Positions 31,751 to 42,975 are shown, counted from the stretch's first letter. The stretch: 64,000 bases of DNA from an uncultured virus (IMG/VR IMGVR_UViG_3300023240_000015) (IMGVR_UViG_3300023240_000015), one strand, 5' to 3'. Program-made: numbers and translations. Notes: generated from the sequence alone by a model not told the origin.

Positions 31751-34700
31751 ATGGGACCGTCTGAACAAGCATATACAATTAAACAGATAGGAAATTGGCC
31801 AAATGAACAATATTCTATTAAATTGGATCATAATATATTCGATCCATTGTTAGGGATTGTTCCGTATCAAAATAAATTTCTATCTCCTCAAAACATCGGT
31901 CACCAGTTTGGAAAATTAGATAATAATTTCACCGATTATAATTACGGAAGCGTAAATACGACATTTTCACCGATAGATTATAAGTTTAAATTAGACATAT
32001 CGACGGGTGACACTTTATATTGGTCACCAACATCAATTCGAAAAATATTCAATGGTAGAATTGTTAACATATTTTACATAAACCTAGATCCGGGTGAAAG
32101 GTTGATCGGATATGTTCTTTACCCCACGCGATTATTTCTAAAACCTATTAGCGTAGCAAAAACAGTAGCAGGATGGTCGTTGAAAACATCTGCTATATTG
32201 TTGAGCGCAACTCCTTTATACTTCACAACTAACGGATTATCGGTATGTGCCTTAGACATCAACCAAAAGTATTTTGAAAACTTTGATAATAAAGTAGAAA
32301 TACCACTATCCCAAAGTGTTTTTTTATCATATAGCCTATCGGCGGTTCAAAAGTTTTCGAGTCGTCCCGTAATTAACTATACATACGATTATAATCCGAT
32401 TTATCATAATAGTATGTTAGAATCTAACGGTTCTAAGATTAAAATGGATTCCGTCAGTCTCACAAACATTCATGGGTATTATGATTTGGATGGAACTTAC
32501 GAAACAATAGGTGATCCGGTTATTTTTAAAAATGATCGTAGATATTATGATTTCGATTCTTCATTATTTTTCACGGATTTAACAGCATCGCCACAGATTC
32601 AATCATTTTACATGCTCCAATCAGCAGCTAATTCGAATTTGCCTATTAATGCTAGTCAAAATTGTATGTTGAGTTCTATTATAGATGTAGATTCGACAAA
32701 TTTCAAATATTATGCAAATTTTTACATCGACACTCGCGATCCTATACTGAACGTGTCGGGGGTAAATGCGACTCATTTGGGCGTAAAATATATATCAGAC
32801 TCTCCGGTGTTCAGAAACACTCTAGAAACGGTGAATTCTACTATCGCGAGTTTTACAAATGCAAATATTCCTAATATTTTCATGTCGGCATCTGCGTCAT
32901 CGATTGGAGCAGACACAACAGTCTGGGAGACAACGCACCCACCACATCATTATTCTTACAATCTCAAATTTGCGGATAATATAAATTTCTCTAAATTTAC
33001 CGAAGAAAGTTCGTTATTATTCGACCTATCATCTAAAATTGTCAGCATCACTAGTGATACAGTAGTCCTTTCAACTTATCTTATGTCGGAATTTGGGCTA
33101 ATGAATCTCGATTTAGAATCATATGGACAATCTGATATGATCAAATTTGAGTTTTTCGATGTATACGACGAATTCGTCCCATATCTATCATGTTATTATG
33201 GTAATAGCGAAACTCCTTATAGCATAACCAATCCACAATGGGTTCCTGCCAACGAAGGTTCTCGATTAAGAATTTTTTATCCAAATTCTCCATTGGGAGA
33301 GATTAACATCAGCTTAACATCTCATTTATCAACATATGCCGGATTCTTAGATTCTTATTATAGAACCAAAGTCGTCCTTGCTAATGGGGTGAGTAATGAA
33401 ATTGTTCCAAATGTTAAAATTTTCCAAAATTTAATTGAAGAGGGATCGGATTACATGAAAACTACCGTCGGGCACTTAACCAGTTTAAGTGATTTTCCAC
33501 TGAGGGATCTATCGGGATCGTATATTAGCTGGTCATATGAGCCAACCAATAGAGCGTTTCAAATATACACTATAAACCAAGATAACACCTATACATTATT
33601 GCCAGCTAATAGCGCAGTATTATTCGGTTCCGACACATGGAGCATTATGTTGTCTGGTTACGGTCCAACCACGGCAATTACTAAATTGTCATCTCAAAAA
33701 TATAACGAAGTATCTTTATTATCATCCACATCTTCGGTGTTTGATATTTTCCGAGAAGGTAAATTTTTCATAAATCCTATAAAAAGTTTAAACAATCTCG
33801 ACACTGTTAGAAATATCTCACTTTCCGCAGGAATCCCGTATGGTAATAACATATACCCGATACCAAACGATCTAACGATGTTCTGGACATGGGAATATGA
33901 TAATGTAAGTAACCCAATCAATCAACCCATAAGTTCCATCTTATTATTCAACGGTAATAGATTTGAATATGGTGATTTTGGTATATCCAACAATTTAAGT
34001 GCTATTGAGGTATTCGTTAAACCCGTTACCGATAATTTCTATCCGGTAAATCATAGGGTTAAATATACTTTATCATGTTTTACTGCCAGTAAACCCATAA
34101 CCGGAGAATATTTCTTCGATGTTGATTCTTTTCCAGATTCGTCGGTGATTTCGGCAGATTTTTACACATATTACCCAAACATCACCAGTTCTCCAATTGC
34201 ATTCACAAAAACTAGTGATGTAATGACCAGACCATTAGATATTACATCTAAATATAAATTTGTTGCTAATAATGATATACAACAACCCAATACTAATGCT
34301 CAGTTGGTTTGGAATGTTAAGGATAGTCTTGTAACCCTATCTTCTTTGAGTGGAACGCCCACGATGTACCACAATATCACCGGAGCAAGAGTTACATATG
34401 TAACTCTAAGTGCATTGAATTGTATCGCACCTGGATGGATAAACCCACACAATATTTCTAAAACATTTACTATATATACAATTCCATTGGCCGAATTTAA
34501 TAATCCGTTGGTATTCAATGTATATCCAGAGTTTTTCTGGAATTCTGGTAGAAATCTAACAATTTCGGATGCATCGAATTACACAAATTCTTTGGCACCA
34601 ACATCTTATCAAAATACTACCGACAATACGTATGGTTTTTGGTTATCTGCTAACAAGACCCATGGATTTGACAAATACAATTATTCCATTGGGAATAAAA

Positions 34701-37333
34701 CATCATCAATATCATTAGCATTGATTCCTTATAGTACCGATCTAAAATCTGCGGACGGTCTATCAATATCTTTAACGGCATTTGGTTTAGAATTTCCAGA
34801 GACAAATGGTATTTTCTACAAAGCATCTGGTGTTAATGGATTATTCACCAACAACTTTAACCTCACTGCCAAGACAACGCCTATAACCATTGGAAATTCT
34901 CAACAATTTCAAGTATCTCCCAAAATTGTTCCTTACACTTCTTGTACATTTTCTTTTTCGGCCACTGTAACTAGTTTAGATGTATCAACCAATCGATACA
35001 TCACGATTCAACAAGCAATTAGCACTAACCCATTTGAGAGTCCTACACAGCCAATTGGTGGGACTATAACCTACAAACTTTCGTCAACGTATTGGGTATC
35101 CGAAGCAACGGTTCCTGCTCAAAATGGCGTCGTTGTTCCATTCTCTTTATATATTGGTGATCCATTTAATCCATTATATATTAGTGATAAATCTCTAAAT
35201 ACCCTATATTTAACAGCTTCTGCTAATATTATTAAGACTATTCCAGAGACGACATTTGCGAACTATCCTTCATATAATAAACCAAAGGCATTATGGTCAT
35301 CGATATATGAAAACGTGTCATCTAATCATATAGAAACATTTTTTGCATATACAACTTCCGATAAAGCCAATATATATGTTTCTGACTACTATTCTTTAAC
35401 TGGTAATGCCATTAATGTAGAAATTGAAAATTATTACCTAATAGATTCGGGTTCCATACAGAATTATAATTTAGATTTTGGTGATGGTTCTGGTGAAAAT
35501 CTTTTCAATTTGGGTGATTCGATTTCTCATAAGTATTTGATTGAAGGATCTTACAATATAACTATTAGTTCAATATATACAGACGGTTCCAAAATTGTTT
35601 ATGTAAATAACCAACCGATAACCATATTAAACGAATGGGTCGAATTTAACCAAGATGATATTAGATTTTTAGACGAAAATATTTTAAGTTTACCATATAC
35701 ACTAGATCAGGTATATATCCAACCCAACGAATTTGGTAATGTTGATATTTTCAATTCCGCAATCACCCGATTACAAAATAATCTAGATTATCTAAAAAAT
35801 AATTCGAAAACTATCAACACCGAATCACCATCAAATATCTTTGGATGGTTGGGAACCGATGTGTATAACCAATCCGAAGGTGTTCAGTGGCACACACTAG
35901 ATTACAATTTAGATATTTATGCAAATTTTGATTATGCAGTATCAATCGGAAAAACATATTTTAAAAATATACAAGATTTTTCTGAAATACGTTCGAACGG
36001 TGATTATGCCGTAATCGACGATGGTGACTTGAAATATTTTCGTTCGGGTAAAAATCCACAAGAGGTTAGTTTTATAAATTATGACATTTTTAGATCCAAT
36101 TTCAAAAATCTAAAAAATATTTCATCCAATTCTGATGGAACGGTTTTATATATATCTGATAATCTAAATAATAAAATCCACAAGGTCGATTTAGAAATTT
36201 CCGAATACTCTTACATTTTTGATACCTTAGATATTGGCGGATTTGGTGATAAAAAGAGCACAAATAGATTTAATAATCCTGATAAAATTGTGTATAGAGG
36301 GAATTATGTATATGTTCTGGATTATAACAACTACTGTATCAAAAAATTCACAGGAGAATTGACATGGGTTGATACCTTTTATGTTGATATGTTTTCGTCT
36401 GATCAGATCGAAACTTTTGATGTTCACCCCAACGGTTTATTGTATGTAGCAACCAAGAGTGGTTCTGTATATATATTAGATACACCAGATGAGGTTTTTG
36501 ATGTTATAAACATATCTAATATAACAGGGACCGATATATCAGATTTATCATTTGATAATATTGGTGAATTTTTCTACGTCTCAACACCAACTGGTGTATA
36601 TAAATTTTCTTCGTCGGGTGTTTACATCGGAATCACCAATATACCAACAGGAACTATAAGAACAGTTATCGGTGATGGTAGAAATATGTTTAGTGTTTAT
36701 CCAAAATATATGTTAAAATGGGTGGACCTTGTTAGCATCTTTAAAATTGGTAATGATATAGATGTATCGACATGGAATCTTGATAAACAGTTGTTAATAT
36801 CTGACGAATTTGCATCTGATGTTAACTATAATAGATCGTTTCAACGAACCGTTCAAAATGTAAAAAAATTTAGAAATTCTATCGAATCTAAAATGGTTTT
36901 AGCAACAGAGACTACATCTGTAGGGTCGGTTACTTATTATGCCAAATATCCGGTAAAGGTATCAGAAAGACCTGTGTTTTCGAATGATGTTGAGATCGAA
37001 AATGTTAGAGTTGGGGTAAATGAGTTGCATATACCCCAAGTGTTTAATCGAGAACTTGAAAAAATTTATGATGCAATAGAATTGTTGAGACAATTCTTAA
37101 ACATAAAAACAATCAACTCGGCAACAGACAATGGGTGTCAAAATATATTTTGTTGGTCGTGGAAGGCTATGAGTTGTTACAATCTATCGTTGCCAGTTAT
37201 CAAATTGTGCAATATCAATCCAATTACATATGCTGAACTAAAAACATCTTTCGGGGTCAGTTATGCACCGACAAAGGCATGGAAAGATGCAAAATCTGGA
37301 TGTTGTAATAGTGTTATATCACCTTTAATGTAA
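31751..37333 (+). CDS. Very large virion structural protein (PKD and NHL-type repeats)
   Basis: 1860 aa; DFGDGS PKD motif, RFNNP..YVLDYNN..IKKF; Cys-rich C-terminus. Confidence 0.7.
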   Translation: MGPSEQAYTIKQIGNWPNEQYSIKLDHNIFDPLLGIVPYQNKFLSPQNIGHQFGKLDNNFTDYNYGSVNTTFSPIDYKFKLDISTGDTLYWSPTSIRKIFNGRIVNIFYINLDPGERLIGYVLYPTRLFLKPISVAKTVAGWSLKTSAILLSATPLYFTTNGLSVCALDINQKYFENFDNKVEIPLSQSVFLSYSLSAVQKFSSRPVINYTYDYNPIYHNSMLESNGSKIKMDSVSLTNIHGYYDLDGTYETIGDPVIFKNDRRYYDFDSSLFFTDLTASPQIQSFYMLQSAANSNLPINASQNCMLSSIIDVDSTNFKYYANFYIDTRDPILNVSGVNATHLGVKYISDSPVFRNTLETVNSTIASFTNANIPNIFMSASASSIGADTTVWETTHPPHHYSYNLKFADNINFSKFTEESSLLFDLSSKIVSITSDTVVLSTYLMSEFGLMNLDLESYGQSDMIKFEFFDVYDEFVPYLSCYYGNSETPYSITNPQWVPANEGSRLRIFYPNSPLGEINISLTSHLSTYAGFLDSYYRTKVVLANGVSNEIVPNVKIFQNLIEEGSDYMKTTVGHLTSLSDFPLRDLSGSYISWSYEPTNRAFQIYTINQDNTYTLLPANSAVLFGSDTWSIMLSGYGPTTAITKLSSQKYNEVSLLSSTSSVFDIFREGKFFINPIKSLNNLDTVRNISLSAGIPYGNNIYPIPNDLTMFWTWEYDNVSNPINQPISSILLFNGNRFEYGDFGISNNLSAIEVFVKPVTDNFYPVNHRVKYTLSCFTASKPITGEYFFDVDSFPDSSVISADFYTYYPNITSSPIAFTKTSDVMTRPLDITSKYKFVANNDIQQPNTNAQLVWNVKDSLVTLSSLSGTPTMYHNITGARVTYVTLSALNCIAPGWINPHNISKTFTIYTIPLAEFNNPLVFNVYPEFFWNSGRNLTISDASNYTNSLAPTSYQNTTDNTYGFWLSANKTHGFDKYNYSIGNKTSSISLALIPYSTDLKSADGLSISLTAFGLEFPETNGIFYKASGVNGLFTNNFNLTAKTTPITIGNSQQFQVSPKIVPYTSCTFSFSATVTSLDVSTNRYITIQQAISTNPFESPTQPIGGTITYKLSSTYWVSEATVPAQNGVVVPFSLYIGDPFNPLYISDKSLNTLYLTASANIIKTIPETTFANYPSYNKPKALWSSIYENVSSNHIETFFAYTTSDKANIYVSDYYSLTGNAINVEIENYYLIDSGSIQNYNLDFGDGSGENLFNLGDSISHKYLIEGSYNITISSIYTDGSKIVYVNNQPITILNEWVEFNQDDIRFLDENILSLPYTLDQVYIQPNEFGNVDIFNSAITRLQNNLDYLKNNSKTINTESPSNIFGWLGTDVYNQSEGVQWHTLDYNLDIYANFDYAVSIGKTYFKNIQDFSEIRSNGDYAVIDDGDLKYFRSGKNPQEVSFINYDIFRSNFKNLKNISSNSDGTVLYISDNLNNKIHKVDLEISEYSYIFDTLDIGGFGDKKSTNRFNNPDKIVYRGNYVYVLDYNNYCIKKFTGELTWVDTFYVDMFSSDQIETFDVHPNGLLYVATKSGSVYILDTPDEVFDVINISNITGTDISDLSFDNIGEFFYVSTPTGVYKFSSSGVYIGITNIPTGTIRTVIGDGRNMFSVYPKYMLKWVDLVSIFKIGNDIDVSTWNLDKQLLISDEFASDVNYNRSFQRTVQNVKKFRNSIESKMVLATETTSVGSVTYYAKYPVKVSERPVFSNDVEIENVRVGVNELHIPQVFNRELEKIYDAIELLRQFLNIKTINSATDNGCQNIFCWSWKAMSCYNLSLPVIKLCNINPITYAELKTSFGVSYAPTKAWKDAKSGCCNSVISPLM

Positions 37334-37480
37334 TTGGTTAATTCCAAAGTTAAAAATATATTCATCAAAAAACATCTAATATGATAAATATTTAAAATCA
37401 CTCCAAAATAGTAACTGCGCTTTCGTAAAGTTTGGTTCTTTATAATGGTAACATTATAATTGGCTTGAAGAGAGACATAT

Positions 37481-39667
37481 ATTAGTAATCGTTTTCATAA
37501 TCGATGGCACAGAGTTGACCATCACACATATACAAACCCGAATAACCCGAGTGCTGGACATGACCCAATAGCAAGTCAGAGCCAACCATTCTTAGGGGAA
37601 TTCGTCCTAAATGGGTCATTATCGGCTGTAGCAATGCTTTCGGCATATGCAGCACATTTTTATTCCAATAACACGGCAGTCTGTGCTATTGGTGGGAAAC
37701 AGGGGCTTTATGTTACAGGTACACAGAATGGTATACAAGTATTTTCAGAATATCTAGCAATATCGGCATATTCTCCAAAATTGGGAGTTTCGGTTGCATC
37801 ACCTGTAAGAGCACTTTCAGCATACTCTGGATTTATCGGTGCTGATATATTTTCAGAAAATAAGGCTATCTCAGCCAGAGGTCTTAAAATCGGTCTAGAA
37901 GTTTCTTCTCCTGTAAGAGCACTTTCAGCATACTCTAATTTTATCGGTGCTGATATATTTTCAGAAAATAAGGCTATCTCGGCCAGAGGTCTTAAAATCG
38001 GTCTAGAAGTTTCTTCTCCTGTAAGAGCCATATCCGCCAATGGTAATGTAATAGGGGTAGAATCATACTCTAATAACATTTCCATATCATCATATGGTGG
38101 AACCATTGGTTTACATGTTACATCGCCTAATAAGGCCATTTATGCCATCGGAAACGCTATAGGTGTAGAATCATACTCAACAACCCGAGCAATTTCAGCA
38201 TTCGGATCATTAATTGGTTTAGAAGTTGCATCACCAATAAGAGCAATTTCGGCATACTCTGGATTTGTTGGTGCTGATATATTTTCAGAAAATAAGGCTA
38301 TCTCGGCCAGAGGTCTTAAAATCGGTCTAGAAGTTTCTTCCCCTATTCGAGCAATTTCGGCATACGGTGGAATAATTGGCATCGAATCATATAGTTTAAA
38401 CATCCCCCTATCGACAGCATTTGGTAAAAATATTATGCACGGTTGGGTTGGTATCAACAATAATACACCAACATCGGCACTGGAAGTCAAAGGAAGCACG
38501 GTTTTGGATGGCAATGTTAGAATCACCCAAGAAGTTAAATTGGACTCCAATTTGACGATTTTTGGGAACTTATCAACACTTGGTAATATTTCATATCTCG
38601 ATACGTTCGTAACCGTGACTAGCGCGATGTCTATCACTAATACCGGAACGGGTCCTGCACTAACAGTCACACAGACCGGAGATGAACCTATTGCACGTTT
38701 CTATGATGATGCAGGATTGGTTGCTCTTTACGTAGAGGGTCAATCGACAAAACCGGGATGGGTGGGTATCGGAACAGATAATCCAAATATGGCACTAACG
38801 GTTGTCGGAAGCATTAGTGCATTAAGTTCCCTATATGTTGATCAAACTATAACAGCATCTAGCTCACTATACGTAGGACACAATGCCTATATAAACAATG
38901 AACTTGCTGTCGGACAAGGAACACGAACACCAATGCTATCAACAACCACGATCCAAAGTTTAGGATCTGAGGGTGTTAAGGTTAAAGCATCTACCGGACT
39001 ATACGATATTGCACATTTCTCTAATGATGGTAACACAACGCTTAGTGCAAATCTTGTTATCGGTGGGACTGTCACGGCGGAAAACCAAACAGCGGCGAGT
39101 GGATCAAGCGTTATGACGCGGCAGCTTCTCGACGCTCGCGGGAGTTATTTCCAATGGTGCATTAATCTAAACTCGGCCGCAGCAAAAGCCGACGATGCAT
39201 CGTGGTCGCTTGTACCGGGGGGATATAATGCTTTTTCTACCAGCCTACCCGCGTCTATTCCCGCTGAGATGACAAAATTTCGAGTGCGGGTTTCAATGGG
39301 ATTCACATCCAACCCAACTTCGGACACATTCCCAATTTACGTGAAATTTAGTTCGCAGGGCATCAACTCAACGAACACGATAGAGACGCTGCACGGCACC
39401 CGTGTCGGGAATACCGCTTATCCCGACACCGTTGGCGGGCTGACCGGGACTCTCGTTGACCTTGCCGCGACTCATAGCGGATTTACTAACACATTTGCCT
39501 TCACGAGCGATTGGGTGACGATCCCAGAGGCCTGGCAAACAAATGCGGCGAATGTCGGATCGTATGGATTCATCGGGATCATTGTCGGCAACAAATCAGG
39601 GGGATCGTTGACTGACAATTACGCGCAGAACCACTCCATTTACGGCCAAATCGAATTTCGCCGCTAA
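37481..39667 (+). CDS. Tail fibre / receptor-binding protein; start probably upstream of the called ATG at 37634
   Basis: Frame open from 37469; ISNRFHNRWHRVDHHT N-terminus; WVGINNNTPTSALEV and WVGIGTDNPNMALTVVG fibre repeats. Confidence 0.75.
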   Translation: MSNRFHNRWHRVDHHTYTNPNNPSAGHDPIASQSQPFLGEFVLNGSLSAVAMLSAYAAHFYSNNTAVCAIGGKQGLYVTGTQNGIQVFSEYLAISAYSPKLGVSVASPVRALSAYSGFIGADIFSENKAISARGLKIGLEVSSPVRALSAYSNFIGADIFSENKAISARGLKIGLEVSSPVRAISANGNVIGVESYSNNISISSYGGTIGLHVTSPNKAIYAIGNAIGVESYSTTRAISAFGSLIGLEVASPIRAISAYSGFVGADIFSENKAISARGLKIGLEVSSPIRAISAYGGIIGIESYSLNIPLSTAFGKNIMHGWVGINNNTPTSALEVKGSTVLDGNVRITQEVKLDSNLTIFGNLSTLGNISYLDTFVTVTSAMSITNTGTGPALTVTQTGDEPIARFYDDAGLVALYVEGQSTKPGWVGIGTDNPNMALTVVGSISALSSLYVDQTITASSSLYVGHNAYINNELAVGQGTRTPMLSTTTIQSLGSEGVKVKASTGLYDIAHFSNDGNTTLSANLVIGGTVTAENQTAASGSSVMTRQLLDARGSYFQWCINLNSAAAKADDASWSLVPGGYNAFSTSLPASIPAEMTKFRVRVSMGFTSNPTSDTFPIYVKFSSQGINSTNTIETLHGTRVGNTAYPDTVGGLTGTLVDLAATHSGFTNTFAFTSDWVTIPEAWQTNAANVGSYGFIGIIVGNKSGGSLTDNYAQNHSIYGQIEFRR
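37802..38345 (+). repeat. 108-bp (36-aa) tandem repeats in the fibre gene
   Basis: Near-identical PVRALSAYSGFIGADIFSENKAISARGLKIGLEVSS units start at 37802, 37910 and 38234, with diverged units between. Confidence 0.9.
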
Positions 39668-39670
39668 ATT

Positions 39671-39799
39671 ATGAAACACCTCATCACACTCTGTCTTCTG
39701 GCCGCAATCGCCACCGCATCCGCATCCCCTGAATTGCGATTTGCGAGATTCGAGCCAGCGACTGGGGCCATTTCCCTGACCGTTTTGGAGGATGGCTAA
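39671..39799 (+). pseudogene. GC-rich truncated gene with signal-peptide-like N-terminus
   Basis: MKHLITLCLLAAIATASASPELRFARFEPATGAISLTVLEDG*; ends where composition returns to AT-rich. Confidence 0.5.
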
Positions 39800-40313
39800 T
39801 TTTAACAAAAATGTAATGATTAATTCTCAGACCATACAGGTAGATAACTCAACAGATGGTTCTACGATATCTTCGTATTCCCCATTGTCTCTGACACTAT
39901 GTACATCTGGGTTCACACCATTAAATAAAATATGGAAAATCGAATGTGATTTTGGTAATGATCTACAGTCAACCGAGGAACTTATACCCCTACTAGATCA
40001 ACCAACAGGAACTTTCATCTTAGATGAATCGGGTGATCCTAGAAACAAGTTACTAACAACCTCATACTTCTTTGATGATACGGCTCAAAAAATTTACAAT
40101 ATCAAGATACAGTTCTACGAAATAGGAATATCAACCCCAGAGGAAGTAAACTTCACAATTAGTCTAACACTACCAAGTCTAGAAACCATATTAGGGGATT
40201 CTACAAACTTTAAACTTGTGGGATCTCGAATGTTTGGGGTAACTGACCGCCTGCTATATATGTTTGAGTCTCAGAGTCCAAATTACTTACTTCCGGTTCT
40301 TCTAGAATTTTAG
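39792..40313 (+). CDS. Hypothetical (PKD-like) structural protein
   Basis: WKIECDFGN motif. Confidence 0.65.
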   Translation: MANFNKNVMINSQTIQVDNSTDGSTISSYSPLSLTLCTSGFTPLNKIWKIECDFGNDLQSTEELIPLLDQPTGTFILDESGDPRNKLLTTSYFFDDTAQKIYNIKIQFYEIGISTPEEVNFTISLTLPSLETILGDSTNFKLVGSRMFGVTDRLLYMFESQSPNYLLPVLLEF

Positions 40314-40785
40314 GCTCGTCTGAGGGTTTAGATGTAGCCATCGACAGGAGATAGTCGGCCTTATTGATCTCCGAGAATATCTCTTCCAGTTTGTTATTGA
40401 TACCATTCTTAGGGGCATTATCAACAAAGTCGGTAAAGTCGTTTAGTGTTAGAATTGAATACAATTCATTAACAATAAGCTTAAAGGAATCATAACAATC
40501 CGATTCACAATCTACCACAGGTACCACAATGGAATTTTCAGGAAAAACCAAGCTTTTATCGGATTTGTATAGTCCGACCACTTCTTCCATTAAAGAGTCA
40601 AAGTCGTTTGATAGAGCACCGTAAAGAGCACCGTAAATTGTGTGGGTGCTGTAGTTGTTGGTGAATACATGACACAACCGTATACCTGATAAAATACTAT
40701 TCAGGTGTTCACAAAAATTGTATACGGTCTGTAGACAATTTTCATCTTCGGGTAATTTTACCACTACTATTTCTATATCATTCAT
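40210..40785 (-). CDS. Ferritin/Dps-like four-helix protein
   Basis: HVFTNNYSTH..YGALY..L...FDSLMEE, YLL near the C-terminus. Confidence 0.65.
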   Translation of the reverse strand: MNDIEIVVVKLPEDENCLQTVYNFCEHLNSILSGIRLCHVFTNNYSTHTIYGALYGALSNDFDSLMEEVVGLYKSDKSLVFPENSIVVPVVDCESDCYDSFKLIVNELYSILTLNDFTDFVDNAPKNGINNKLEEIFSEINKADYLLSMATSKPSDEPKILEEPEVSNLDSETQTYIAGGQLPQTFEIPQV

Positions 40786-41189
40786 AAATTGTAATAAGGC
40801 TTTTTTATAAGTTCTTCCATGGTCGTGATGGTCTCTACCTTCATTGGTGGCTCTACGATTGGCTCATTATCTGATTTGGGTTCTTCACCCTCTTTATGTA
40901 GGATGATCCCATGTTTCTTATAATCAGCATTCAATGATGTTTCTAGATCGTCATGTGTTTTAAAGAAAATTCTCCAGAAGGGGATAGGGATTAGAATATT
41001 CAAGGCCATTCTTCGATTGCTACATGTTTGACACGGTTCTAGGTTACCTGTTATGAGATATGTTATAGGCCCGATAAATTTTGAATGTAATGTAGCAGCT
41101 ATGAAGTCACCCAGACCATAACCATATCGAAATTTTAACACAGGGTTAAAACCTTTTGTCTTACTTAAATACAGCTTTATGTTTCTCAT
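40782..41189 (-). CDS. Hypothetical protein
   Basis: GLGDFIA...PCQTCSNRRMALN motif. Confidence 0.7.
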   Translation of the reverse strand: MRNIKLYLSKTKGFNPVLKFRYGYGLGDFIAATLHSKFIGPITYLITGNLEPCQTCSNRRMALNILIPIPFWRIFFKTHDDLETSLNADYKKHGIILHKEGEEPKSDNEPIVEPPMKVETITTMEELIKKPYYNL

Positions 41190-41610
41190 AAATTTCTTCT
41201 TTCGTTTCTATATTATTTTCTTCCTTTAAAGACTTAACCAAGTTGTCGTAATAATCAATAAGAGGCATGATATCATCACACATATTTTTGAAATTATCAT
41301 CAAAACATTCTAATTTTTCAGATATTTTATGAATTTGTTTGATGCACAGAATATGGCTGATCTCATTAGAATATAGAGCCTTCATTTTATCAACAAATTC
41401 TTCCTCGATATGAAAAGCATTCAATTTCTTGGCTTTGAGAGGTCTTACACAACCAGAAAGGAAGTCACCATCCCAAAATGATGTCATGGGATCGAATTCA
41501 TTCCCCAAATCTTTTATTTTTTTGATGTGTGGAGGAACAACCTCACAATACCCTAAAAAAACATCACCATCGTTGAAAATTGCTATCATAATATTTCTGT
41601 ATTTACCCAA
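41161..41610 (-). CDS. Hypothetical protein
   Basis: ORF in operon. Confidence 0.65.
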   Translation of the reverse strand: MGKYRNIMIAIFNDGDVFLGYCEVVPPHIKKIKDLGNEFDPMTSFWDGDFLSGCVRPLKAKKLNAFHIEEEFVDKMKALYSNEISHILCIKQIHKISEKLECFDDNFKNMCDDIMPLIDYYDNLVKSLKEENNIETKEEIYEKHKAVFK

Positions 41611-42203
41611 ACATCAGAAACCATCTCAAATTTGAAATTTTTACTTTTTACAATATATACATCATTTTTTGTAAAATCCACGATCCAATACTGTGATCGT
41701 GGATAATCCTGATAAGGGCCATCTACAGTAGAAATAAATTCCCCACTGCTACTATATAACAGAAACGATATATTGACTATAGACTTAGGTAGATATTCAG
41801 AAACCGGAAAATTTGCATTTATATACGTCTGGGCGATCAAAGAAAGATTTTGATCGGCAATAGTATCTAAATAATAATTTTTTAGAGATACATTAGAATC
41901 CGAAACAAAATTTATAGGATATTGGACCGTTATTTCAGGAGTATTCCAATAAGAACTCAAAAGAGTGACTGCTGTAAATGCTTCCTTATAACCAGATACA
42001 TCATTGTAAACATTTCCTATATTAATCAAAGATTCTGATATATTTAAAAAATCGTTAAATTCTTTATATATGTTAGGATTATCTAAAAAGAATATAGATG
42101 ATACGCCACAAAGTTTATCATCTAGATTGATAAAATTGTAGTTATATTTTCCTAACGAGTCACCAACACATTCGTAATCTAATATTTCATAGGTATAATT
42201 CAT
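41586..42203 (-). CDS. Structural protein, paralogue 1
   Basis: ECVGDSLGKYNYNF..LD N-terminus shared with the next two genes. Confidence 0.7.
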   Translation of the reverse strand: MNYTYEILDYECVGDSLGKYNYNFINLDDKLCGVSSIFFLDNPNIYKEFNDFLNISESLINIGNVYNDVSGYKEAFTAVTLLSSYWNTPEITVQYPINFVSDSNVSLKNYYLDTIADQNLSLIAQTYINANFPVSEYLPKSIVNISFLLYSSSGEFISTVDGPYQDYPRSQYWIVDFTKNDVYIVKSKNFKFEMVSDVWVNTEIL

Positions 42204-42204
42204 T

Positions 42205-42975
42205 TTATAAATTCCTTTCGAACGTCCAAGAACAATCTTTAACAGTATACATCATACCTTTTAATTCTCGTTCATATACATCTTGAAAACGACTATTGAT
42301 CGTTGCCTGTATATATCGATTTGTTGAATTTGTATTCGTTTCTGGATATCTACATGACACTGTTGCACATGATTGACATGCCCCACCAGCACAACCACCG
42401 CATGACTGTTGTTGTCCTCTGCACGATGTCGAACCCCTACCTACACGGTTTTGACACCTTACGCACCCCGTAGCACTGTCTTGTGAATAGCATCCGGCAA
42501 CTTCGTTAGAGTTTTGTACGAAACTATCATTAACCACATCTTTGATTGTATTTGTGTAGTAGTATATTATAGCTCTTTGATTTTCTATATGGTTAGGAGC
42601 AATGGTTGGATCTGGTAAAATAGGATATAGATCATTGAAAGAACTAACAATTATATTTAAAGTGCTCAATGCTATCGGATACCTATAAACCGTTGGGTGG
42701 ATAAAAACTATAGGTTTGATCCACTTTGCGCTATTGGTGGATACCAATGTTCTCATAGTTTCCCAATTAGCACTATAAGTCTGCGTGGTTGTTATTAATG
42801 ATTTGAATCTATCTTTATGGGTTACATAGAATTCCATCAAAGGTTCAAATAAATTATAGGCACTTACGTGCAGACCATATGTGAAAGCATCCAACCCCTT
42901 AAATGATAGATTTATAGATGATAGAGTATTACCAATATCTTCGGTGTTTATAATAGGTGATAATGTTAAATTCAT
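42205..42975 (-). CDS. Structural protein, paralogue 2 (Cys-rich insert)
   Basis: EDIGNTLSSINLSF..LD; Cys/Gly-rich insert near the C-terminus. Confidence 0.7.
   Translation of the reverse strand: MNLTLSPIINTEDIGNTLSSINLSFKGLDAFTYGLHVSAYNLFEPLMEFYVTHKDRFKSLITTTQTYSANWETMRTLVSTNSAKWIKPIVFIHPTVYRYPIALSTLNIIVSSFNDLYPILPDPTIAPNHIENQRAIIYYYTNTIKDVVNDSFVQNSNEVAGCYSQDSATGCVRCQNRVGRGSTSCRGQQQSCGGCAGGACQSCATVSCRYPETNTNSTNRYIQATINSRFQDVYERELKGMMYTVKDCSWTFERNL

Noticed and set aside
37802..38345. Repeats as a CRISPR array or DGR template/variable pair
   Set aside because: They are in-frame coding repeats with no spacers, no adenine-specific differences and no reverse transcriptase in the window. The same applies to 53158-53537.
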